Part shown: positions 55,228 to 64,000 of the stretch, piece by piece | How the letters are laid out: every line of letters begins with the position of its first letter | Numbering within the stretch: position 1 is the stretch's first letter | Assembly: GCA_963755915.1 (NCBI GenBank) | Contig: CAVWLP010000002.1 | Span: 4,224,001 to 4,288,000, forward strand | Length of the DNA: 64,000 bases | Origin: an uncultured Phycisphaerales bacterium | Lineage (GTDB): Bacteria > Planctomycetota > Phycisphaerae > Tepidisphaerales > Tepidisphaeraceae | Reading direction: 5' to 3' | Notes under the pieces: model-generated | Databases searched by the model: none | What the model saw: only the letters and a program-made list of their open reading frames with translations | What the model was told of the DNA's origin: nothing | Made by a program: the position numbers and the translations under genes

Positions 55228-58200
55228 TCATGCTTTGCGACGCCGACGCATCGCCACCAGCCCGCTAACCGCGAGCAGACCGATCGATGCCGGCTCCGGC
55301 ACCGCAGTAATCGTAGGCACGGGCAACCCGTTGGCGACGGCAAATGCATCCAACGCCTGGATATCTGCCGGCGTAATGGACGCATCCGCGCCGCTGTCGC
55401 CCTGGCCGAAGTTGGCGGCCAAGGCGCTGAAGTCAGATCCGTTCACAGAGCTGCCATAAAGGAAGTTCCCCTGGTCCCAGTTGGTCACGCCCAGGCCGAA
55501 ATTCGCGGCCAGGATTGAGAAGTCGGACCCGTTGACGGTGCCGTCGAGGTTGGCATCGCCAAGCAGCGTGTACTTGAGATCGATCTGGCCGCTGGAGAGC
55601 CCAGCCACGTCATGCACGCCGTCATCTCCGTCCGCAAAGCCGACGCCGTAGTGCAGACCATTGGTCGTCGTTTGGGCATTGCTGGAAATGATCCCAAGTC
55701 CGTTCCACGTGCCGTTGTTGAAACCGCTTTGCAGATAGCTGTAGATCGTGGAGATCGGGTCACTGCCGCTGCCATAATTAATGGTGACATGGTTATTGGT
55801 AATATCGAAGGTGGAATTAGCGGCCACGACAAGTGAATCCTGGCTGCTCCCGCCGGTGTTTATGCCAAGCTGGAGGGTTGCCGCCCCGCCGGTGCCCACG
55901 CTCAGCGTGCCGGTGCCGCTGATGTTTCCTGAAACGCTGTTGGCGTTAACCATGAAGTTGGCGTTGTTGACGACCGTGCTTCCCGAAGGCAGTGAGCCGG
56001 GCGTCGAGATGATCAGTGTGCTGCCGTTGAGGACCTTCGTCGCTCCGGTGTAGGTGTTTAGAGGCGAATGCGATCCGGGCGTGCCAAGCTGCACGGTTCC
56101 CGTGCCGGTGATGGTCAGGCCACCGTCAGGAGTGGCGCCCAGCGCGGAATTGTGGGTCAGTGCGGAATTGATGTTGATGTCGCCACCATTGGGATTGATG
56201 ATCGCCCCGCCCGCGGAGACGATACTGGTAACCTTCGCGCCAACGAAGTTGTTGTTCACGTTGCCAGATGTGGTGCTGAGCGTGCCGCCGTTGTAGTAAA
56301 TGTCGGCCGCGCCGCTTCCGCCGCCCTCACCAAGCACACCGTTCTGGGCGGTGAATCCCGTGCCGATCAGCAAACCGCCATTGAGGTTGATCGTTCCAGT
56401 AACGGTGTTGGCGTTGGCGAGGATGACCGCACCGAGGCTGACGGTGCCGCCGTAGATGTTGACCGCGGCCGTTCCGCCGCCGTTTTCACCGATGAGTGTT
56501 TGGCCGGCAGTGAGGCTTCCGCCGTAGACGTTGATAATGCCGGTCGGGTTGCTGCCGTCGCCGCTGATGTCGAAGTAGTTGGTGCCTGCGCCTGGGGCAA
56601 AATTGTTATCAGTGACAGACCCATCGTAAATGTTGAGCGTGCCGTTAGAGTTGCCGCCATTGCCTCGGCCGACCGCGAGCCAGTTGTTTACGGTGAGGGA
56701 AGGAGCTGCATTGACAGGGTCCGTGGGACTGCCGACGTTGACGATGCCCGTACTGCCGCTGTCGCCGACGAACATCTGCGTATTATCGAGTGTAACAACG
56801 CCGGTGTTTTCGACAGTAAACGTGTTGGTGAGGGTACTGCTTTCGCCGACCGAGACAGGATTACCGCCGCTGTTCTGCGTGAAAGTTCCACCAGAGATGG
56901 TGACGGTTCCCTGGCCGCTTTCGCGACCGACGACGAACCAGTTGCCGATATTCACGGTGCCGCCGGTCTGGTTCCAAACGCCAATGCCTGGGTTGCCGCT
57001 GTTGGAGCCTTCGCCGACATAAATTTCGCCGTTTTTGTCCGTGAAGCTACCAGCGCTGAGGTTGTATGTACCCACGGGGCTGCCACCACCTGCGTTGCGG
57101 CCGTCACCAAGGACAAAGCTGAAGTTGCCGTTGCGGTCGATCGTAATGGACCCACCAGACTGATTGATGGTTCCCGTACTGTCGCTGTTAACACCCAGCT
57201 CCGTGAGCTGGTTCCCGTTGGCGTTGGTGTAGCTGCCGTTGCCACTGATGTTCAGCACTCCCACGCCGCCAGCGCTCTTGCCCAGGTAGGTATTACCGTT
57301 CGTGGTGAGGCTGCCGTTGCCGCTAATGTTGATCGTGCACGTTGTATTGGCATTGTCGGAGATGTTGAAGTCATTATTGCTCGTCTCGTCGATCGCACCA
57401 GTGCCGGTAATGTTGACTATCGCCTCATCGGGACCACCCAAGGTGCCCGTGCTGTCTTCGCCGAAGCTGTTGTAGGAGTTGCCGGTCAGTGTAAGAGTTC
57501 CGGTGACATTAACGGTTGGACTGCGAAGGCGAAGACTTCCCATGGAAAGATCTCCGCTGACGTTGATCACGCCGCCGGTAACTCCGCCGCCCTCTGGGCT
57601 CGCCGACCATCCATCCCAGAAGGAGGTGCCGCCCAATGTATCGGTTCCGGAGATGTTCAAAGTGCCGGCGCCGCTGCCGCTGAGGGACCCACCGGTATCG
57701 CTTGCCCCTCCCACGTTCTGGCTGATGGTGAACGTCTCGTTCGGGTCGACGTCGATGCCGCCGTTGAAGGTGGAGTAATTGACATTGAGAGAGCCGAAGC
57801 TGGTTAAGACCCCAGCCACTGGGTGGAAGGTGCCCCCGTCCATTAGAATGTTGCCTGTCGCCCCGCCGATCTCATTGATGGCAGTGACATTCAATTCAAC
57901 GTTGACGCCAATCCCAATCGTTCCGCCCGCAGCGGCGTATGCCGTGTTATCGGCCGTCAATTCGGCATAACCGGCTGTATCGCCGGAGAATTGCAGCAGC
58001 GCGGACGACGGTGTTATATCCGGGCCGATCGAAAGGCTGCTCGCGATCACAATTGTGGAAGTATTCGCGACCACCTGCGCGTCGTTGGAGTCGATCACGA
58101 ACGGGCCGTTAAAGGTCACGGTCTGGCCTACGCCGTCATTCTGGCTGATGATGGCGCCGGGATTGTCGCTGTAATTCGGATCCGTGTAGTCATTGCGCGT

Positions 58201-58981
58201 GATTAGAATTGGATTGCTGATGGTCAGGCTCGAAGGGGCGGTGGTGTTGTTGCCTCCGATTGCGAGGCAACCCAAAGTGCCAATGCTGACAGTTCCCGAG
58301 CCCAGCGCCGCCCGCATCATCGGTGACGATTCCGTCGAGGATGTTCGTGCCACCGCTGTAAGTGTTGGCGGCATTCAGGACGAATGTGCCGTAGGATGAG
58401 TAAGCCGAGTTGTAATTCGCGTTGTTGATGGTAAGCGTAGCCGAACCGCCGGTTTCTACCATTGAATTATCAATTGATAACTCGGGTTCAGGGCCCCCCG
58501 TGTCATTCACTGAAATAATGTGATTGCCGGCGGTCAGAAGCATCGCGTTGCTTAATTGAACGACCAATTCACCCTCGGCAGTCGCCTTTACCAGGTTCCC
58601 CGCGAGAGTGAGCGTTTGCCCCCCGGACACGCCCTGGTCGTAAATGCCATAGACCCCATTATCGGCGGACTCGCCGAGGATAATGTTCTGGGCGGTGATG
58701 TTTGCATTGAGCGAAACGGAATAATTGGGCGGGCTGCCGACGACCGTCGTGTTGGCTGGATTTCCGAACACGGCGGAGTCGCCATTTGTCCAGGTTGTGG
58801 CGCTCGCTCCGTTGTACCAAAGCGATGAGCTTGTATCCCAGTTGCCCGAGCCATCGGTTGGTGGAACCTGGCCGCTCGCGTCCCACGTTAGGGTCTGTGC
58901 ATGAGCCATGTGCGCGGCCCCAAACAGGACACCCGCAACCGCCGCTGAAAGACGCGCATAGCGCAGATAATTCCGCTTCAT
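55228..58981 (-). CDS. Giant PEP-CTERM beta-repeat protein with dockerin-like tail (apparent frameshift at ~58306)
   Basis: AGGAGAGG RBS and signal peptide; G/N/T-rich repeats; GDANLDGTVNGSDF; VPEP-TM-RRRRK. Confidence 0.9.
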
Positions 58982-59644
58982 ATTTCCTCTCCTGGAATGC
59001 GTTTCCGCTCGAATTGAAAAAGTCCCGAATTGATTTTCATCGCTCAGCCTCTCCACTGCTGGAAGAGAAGAACGGTTTCACGATCTATTTGATGCCGACA
59101 TGAGAACCCTGCGAAAGGCAATGCAACTTATTTACCGGCCGCTGTGTGGTCTGCCTTGACCAGAGATGTACGACCTGGAACTCCGCCGGTTTGATCGCAG
59201 CGCCGATTGGAAGCATGCCTTCCTCCGCTTTAGCCAGCTACGCCCGATTCCATATTAGGCCTCGCGGCCGTGGCTGGCTGGGCTGATCCTCGTCGTGGTA
59301 GAGTATCAACTACTGATGCTTTTGCAAGTACATTTTTAATTCTTTTATTGGTCATTGATCCAACGCGGCCTACTCATCGAACATCATCCCACTTGGCGGA
59401 GAGATAGATCTGTGGAATGCTCTCGCCCCTTTCAACTACAGCGCAAATGACTGTCATCAATCGATTTGGAGAATATTTCGTGTTCACAAAATCGGCCGCT
59501 TAAGGGAACCGGATTTTTGCCGCAAAAACGTGTAGAATGGGGGTGATCCCTCGGAATTCGGGCTCAGCACACAAGCACTTAAGTCGTTTGATTGACGTAA
59601 CATTGCCAAAATGCACATGATTGAACAGGCGAATTGTAATAACT

Positions 59645-59673
59645 TTGACTCATCATTGACTTGTTGTTATAAT
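59645..59673 (+). promoter_or_regulatory. Near-consensus sigma70 promoter
   Basis: TTGACT-17 bp-TATAAT, about 30 bp upstream of ATG 59703. Confidence 0.8.
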
Positions 59674-59702
59674 CCCCGCCCGTAGGGTTCACAGGAAACG
59701 CG

Positions 59703-60863
59703 ATGCGTCAACAGGTACAGAAAACCGCGGCGCCCACATCCAAGTCGGCGGACGGGAACGATCGAAGGCCGCGCCACAGGCAGGTCTTCGAAACAATTCT
59801 CGGAGATATCGCCGCCGGACTCTTCCAGCCAGGCGATCGCCTCCCCACCGAAGCAGAACTCGCCAAGACTTTTTCCGCCTCCCGAACGACAATCGCCCGC
59901 GCCATGCGCAACCTCAAGAGCAAAGGCCTCGTCAGCCGACAACGCGGCGCAGGAACTCATCTGGCTATGCGAGAACAAAAACGCGTCGCCCTCTTCGCAC
60001 CCTTCACTCAAAGCCCTTCCGATCTCGGTTTTATCGGTGGGCAGATTCACGTCCATCTCCAGGAGCTCGCCGCCCAGCGCGGTGATCATCTCCGCCTGCA
60101 GATCATCGGCCGCACCGGTGGCAACCGCCTCGAACAAATGATGACCGCCACCCGCGCCCTCATCGAGCAAGGCGTTGCCGGTGTCTTCTATTATCCCGTC
60201 GAACTCCCCAAGGACGAAGCCCACTACAATCAAGCCGTCGTCGACAAGCTCGAATCCGCCGGCATCGCCGTCATCTGTGTCGACCGCGACATCGTCGCTT
60301 TCCCGGATCGAAGCAAGCTGCCGCTGGTAACCTATGACAATCGCCGCGGCGGATATCTCGTCACCCATCACCTCATCCAGCAGGGCTGCAAGCGCATCGC
60401 ATTCATCGGCTCCCCGTTCGTCTCCAGCGCCGCGTCCGATCGTCTGCGCGGCTACTGCGACGCCCTGGAAGACAACGGCCTGACCGTCGATAAAACTCTG
60501 ATCCGCCCTGCTACCCTCGACGATCTCGACGCATCCTTCGCCCAGGCCCTGGTCAACGATTGCAAGGTCGACGCCGTCGTATGCAAGATGGATCACTACG
60601 CCGCACTCGTCGGACGCCATCTCATGGGCATGGGGCTGACGATCGGCAAAGACATTCTATTGGCGGGTTTTGACGACGATCCCCTCGCCGGTCTGCTTCC
60701 CGTTCCGCTCACCACCATTCGATTCATCGCTGACCCGTTTGCCAAGCTCTGTTACGAACGGCTGATGGCGCAAATGGCCGAGCCGTCCGAACCCCTGCCG
60801 GCAGTCACGATGGTCGACGTGGAACTGATCGTTCGCGAATCGACGGCGGGCGCTGGCGTCTGA
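59703..60863 (+). CDS. AraR-type regulator (GntR HTH plus LacI-type sugar-binding domain)
   Basis: GDRLPTEAEL, SRTTIARA and QRGAGT; YDNRRGG, GFDD and PLTT. Confidence 0.92.
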   Translation: MRQQVQKTAAPTSKSADGNDRRPRHRQVFETILGDIAAGLFQPGDRLPTEAELAKTFSASRTTIARAMRNLKSKGLVSRQRGAGTHLAMREQKRVALFAPFTQSPSDLGFIGGQIHVHLQELAAQRGDHLRLQIIGRTGGNRLEQMMTATRALIEQGVAGVFYYPVELPKDEAHYNQAVVDKLESAGIAVICVDRDIVAFPDRSKLPLVTYDNRRGGYLVTHHLIQQGCKRIAFIGSPFVSSAASDRLRGYCDALEDNGLTVDKTLIRPATLDDLDASFAQALVNDCKVDAVVCKMDHYAALVGRHLMGMGLTIGKDILLAGFDDDPLAGLLPVPLTTIRFIADPFAKLCYERLMAQMAEPSEPLPAVTMVDVELIVRESTAGAGV

Positions 60864-60957
60864 GTGTCGCCCATCCCGAGGCGGTCGTGCGGCGGAAAAA
60901 AAACTGGCTGGTGGGTCCGGACAAGTCAAAGTTCGCGCGGCCCCGAGGAAACCATTC

Positions 60958-62976
60958 ATGCGTCATCTGTCGACCATCGACCTGACCATCATCGTCGGGT
61001 ACTTCGTGGTGACGCTCTCCGTCGGCCTGGCCATGTCGCGCCGCGCCAGCTCCAGCCTCAACGATTATTTCCTCGGTGGACGTTCACTCCCCTGGTATCT
61101 CCTCGGCATCGCCGGCATGACCAACTGGTTCGATCTGACCGGCACCATGATCATCACCTCCTTCCTCTACCTCCTCGGACCGCGCGGTTTGTTCATCGAA
61201 TTCCGCGGCGGCGCCGTCCTCATGCTCGCCTTTCTCATCGCTTACACCGGCAAATGGCACCGCCGCAGCCGCTGCATGACCGGCGCCGAATGGATGTCCT
61301 ACCGCTTTGGCAAAACCAGATCTGCCGAGGCCTTCCGTGTCGTGCAGGCGGCCGTCAGCATCGTCGCCTCCATCATGATGCTCGCCTATCTCGTCCGCGG
61401 CGCCAGCCTCTTTCTGGGAATGCTTTTCCCCTTCCCGCCGATGTATTCCACCCTGGTCCTCCTGATGATCACCTCCCTCTACACCGTCAGCGCCGGATTC
61501 TACGGCGTCGTTCTGACGGATCTCGTGCAGGGCCTGATCGTCATGTGCGCCTGCGTGATCGTGGCCGTCATCGCGTTTCACATGGTCCCCAGTTCCGCCG
61601 ATCTCTCCGCCACGGCCATGGCCGTCACCCACAACCCCGACTGGACCGCCTCCACCCCCGCGCTTCACGTCTTTATGCCGGAAGACTACGCCCAATACCG
61701 CCTCCTCGTCCGCGCCATGCTCTTCTATCTGATCTGCCAGGTCCTCTACGGCATGGGCAGCGGCTCTGAAACGCGATACTTCGCCGCCCGCTCCGACCGC
61801 GATTGCGGCCTCCAATCCGCCCTGCAGGGAATCACCGTCGCCTTCCGCTGGCCGATGATGATCAGCTTCGCCGTCATGGGCATCTATCTCGTCCACACCG
61901 CCTACCCCGACGCAACCGTAACCCAAAAAGCCGCCGACCTGATTCACCACGCCTATCCCGACCTTCAGCCCGCCTATTGGAGCGATCGCACCAATCGCAT
62001 CATCAACGTCCCCGATGAATATCCCAACGTCGTCCCAGGCCTGAAAAAGATTCTCGGAGAAAACTGGGCGACAAAGCTCCCGCTGGTTGGCTACCACGGA
62101 ACCATCAACCCCGAGCAGATCCTCCCCGCCGTCCTCCTGGGCACAATTCCCTCCGGCCTGCGCGGCATCCTGCTCGTCGCAATGATCTCCGCCATGATGT
62201 CCTCGAAGAACTCGACGGTGAACAGTGCCAGCGCCTTCTTCGTCCGCGATATCTATCAGAATGTCCTTCGTCCCCGCGCCAAGCACTTCGAGCTGATGGC
62301 CACCTCCTATATCGCAACCCTCGGCATCGTGGCCGCCGGATTCTATTTCGGCGTCGCCGCCGGCAGCATTAACGATCTCTGGGGCTGGATCATCATGAGC
62401 TTCAACGCCGGCGCACTCGCCCCCGGACTCCTCCGCCTCTACTGGTGGCGCTGCAACGCCTGGGGAATGTTCGGCGGCCTCGCACTCGGCGGCATCGGCG
62501 CCGTCGCCCAGCGCTTCTACGCACCCACCATGCCCGAATGGGAATCCTTCATCATCATGACCTCCCTCTCATTCATCGGCACCATCGGCATCTCTTTGCT
62601 CACCGCCCCAACTCCCACTCCCGTCCTGCAAAACTTTTTCCGCACCACCCGCCCCTTCGGCGCCTGGGGATGGCTGATGCGCGAACTTCCCGGCGACGAG
62701 CAAAAAGCCCTCCGCAAAGAACATCGCAACGACATGCTTACCGTTCCGTTCGCCATGCTCGCGCAAATTACCCTTTTCCTTATGCCGATGCAGATTCTAG
62801 TGAAAACCTATGGCACCTTCTTCCGAACGCTCCCGCTATTCCTCGTCGGCGCTGTGGGCCTTTACATTTTCTGGTGGCGCGTCCTGCCACCCGCCGAACC
62901 AGGCCCGGCACCGAATCAGACTCCCAGGATTTACCAGAGGCCGCGGTGGCAGGAACCGTCGAACTTCATCGAGTAG
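60958..62976 (+). CDS. Sodium:solute symporter family transporter
   Basis: DYFLGGRSLPW, GVVLTDLVQG, SAMMSS..STVN; about 13-14 TM segments. Confidence 0.92.
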   Translation: MRHLSTIDLTIIVGYFVVTLSVGLAMSRRASSSLNDYFLGGRSLPWYLLGIAGMTNWFDLTGTMIITSFLYLLGPRGLFIEFRGGAVLMLAFLIAYTGKWHRRSRCMTGAEWMSYRFGKTRSAEAFRVVQAAVSIVASIMMLAYLVRGASLFLGMLFPFPPMYSTLVLLMITSLYTVSAGFYGVVLTDLVQGLIVMCACVIVAVIAFHMVPSSADLSATAMAVTHNPDWTASTPALHVFMPEDYAQYRLLVRAMLFYLICQVLYGMGSGSETRYFAARSDRDCGLQSALQGITVAFRWPMMISFAVMGIYLVHTAYPDATVTQKAADLIHHAYPDLQPAYWSDRTNRIINVPDEYPNVVPGLKKILGENWATKLPLVGYHGTINPEQILPAVLLGTIPSGLRGILLVAMISAMMSSKNSTVNSASAFFVRDIYQNVLRPRAKHFELMATSYIATLGIVAAGFYFGVAAGSINDLWGWIIMSFNAGALAPGLLRLYWWRCNAWGMFGGLALGGIGAVAQRFYAPTMPEWESFIIMTSLSFIGTIGISLLTAPTPTPVLQNFFRTTRPFGAWGWLMRELPGDEQKALRKEHRNDMLTVPFAMLAQITLFLMPMQILVKTYGTFFRTLPLFLVGAVGLYIFWWRVLPPAEPGPAPNQTPRIYQRPRWQEPSNFIE

Positions 62977-63009
62977 GTTAATTGTTGTATTTCAAAAGTG
63001 ACGTAAATC

Positions 63010-64000
63010 ATGCAGCGACATCCCGACTACACTCAAACGCGCATTCGCCAGGTCGTCCGCCAGATCGGCGCTCGAATCTATGACGAAACCAAACCGATTT
63101 CGGATTTGCACGTCGCCGGCCCGACCGATCGCATCAGCTTTGCCGCCGCGCAAGAGCTGAAACATTTCCGCCCCGCAAAACTCGGCGACCAGTTCGGCCC
63201 CCATTGGGCAACCTTCTGGTTCCGCGCCAACCTCGAAATCCCCAAGGCCTGGAAAGGCAGCCGCGTCGACCTCCTCTGGGACAGCCAATCCGAAGCTACC
63301 CTCTGGATGAACGGCAAAAGCGTTCAGGGCCTGAACATGACCCACGGCGACCGCCCCGACGCCATCCTCCTCGACAACGCCCGCGGCGGCGAATCAATCC
63401 CCCTGCAAATCGAAATGGCCTGCAACACGAAATTCGGCAGCGCCCCCTTCGTCGGCCCGCCGCGCCCCACGCCGCTCATCAGCCCGTTTTATCTAAAACG
63501 CTGCGAAATCGGCCGGTTCAATCCGCACGCCTGGGAGATCTATTTCGACGCCCTCACGCTCATTGGCCTCTACGACGAGCTCGCCCGCGACGGCGACATC
63601 TCCGAGAAAAACTGGGCCGGTTTCCTCCTCTCAGAACTAAACCGCTTCTGCAACGACTTCAACATCGACGACGAATCGACCTGGCCTGCCGCGCGAAACA
63701 TTCTTCGCCAGCTCTACGCCAACGCCAACGGCACCCGTCAGCTCGAAATCAGTTCCATCGGCCACGCCCACATCGACACCGCCTGGCTCTGGCCCCTTGC
63801 CGAAACCCACCGCAAGTGCGAGCGCACCTTCAGCACCGCCACAACCTACATGCGCGATTATCCCGAATATCGATTCGCCTGCTCCCAGGCTTACCAGTAT
63901 TCGATCATCAAAAACCGCAACCCCGATCTCTACCACCGCATCAGGCAGCGAATCGAATCCGGCCAGTGGATCGTCGTCGGCGGCACCTGGATCGAGCCCG
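63010..64000 (+). CDS. GH38 alpha-mannosidase (runs off the window end)
   Basis: Open frame from ATG 63010 encoding GPHWATFWF, IGHAHIDTAWLWP, FACSQAYQY and VGGTWIEP. Confidence 0.93.
   Translation, partial: MQRHPDYTQTRIRQVVRQIGARIYDETKPISDLHVAGPTDRISFAAAQELKHFRPAKLGDQFGPHWATFWFRANLEIPKAWKGSRVDLLWDSQSEATLWMNGKSVQGLNMTHGDRPDAILLDNARGGESIPLQIEMACNTKFGSAPFVGPPRPTPLISPFYLKRCEIGRFNPHAWEIYFDALTLIGLYDELARDGDISEKNWAGFLLSELNRFCNDFNIDDESTWPAARNILRQLYANANGTRQLEISSIGHAHIDTAWLWPLAETHRKCERTFSTATTYMRDYPEYRFACSQAYQYSIIKNRNPDLYHRIRQRIESGQWIVVGGTWIEP

Noticed and set aside
51526-62286. Long antisense ORFs (51526-52995, 56068-57807, 59667-60620, 61084-62286; also 4472-5536)
   Set aside because: Shadow frames of well-supported genes in high-GC, codon-biased DNA, with no recognisable motifs.

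Overview
This is a GC-rich bacterial window, most likely from a planctomycete of the Phycisphaerae/Tepidisphaerales type. That assignment is inferred from several prepilin-type DUF1559 genes and giant PEP-CTERM proteins with a dockerin-like tail. From left to right it contains: (1) the probable right end of a tRNA-Arg(TCG)-integrated island, with a tRNA 3' fragment, tandem arm-like repeats and a truncated GH76 duplicate; (2) a complete Wsp/ACF-type chemosensory operon ending in a REC-histidine kinase; (3) an IS630; (4) a multi-TM Ser/Thr kinase translationally coupled to a decaying, IS21-interrupted giant PEP-CTERM gene; (5) gene remnants and a second IS21 inside an alginate-lyase-family gene; (6) about 37 kb of glycan-utilisation genes (GH79-like, PF05426 lyases, GH3, GH76, GH127-like, GH38, DUF4965/GtaA-like, galM, SSS transporter, XylR- and AraR-type regulators). 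These glycan genes are repeatedly clustered with a giant PEP-CTERM protein and a DUF1559 pilin-like protein, and no SusC/TonB receptor is present. A group II intron sits inside a palindromic REP-like repeat. About 19 of about 24 apparent frameshifts lie at or beside GCGC. This points to a motif-specific (probably methylation-related) sequencing error, so most split genes are probably intact. All calls come from motif recognition by eye; no searches were run.
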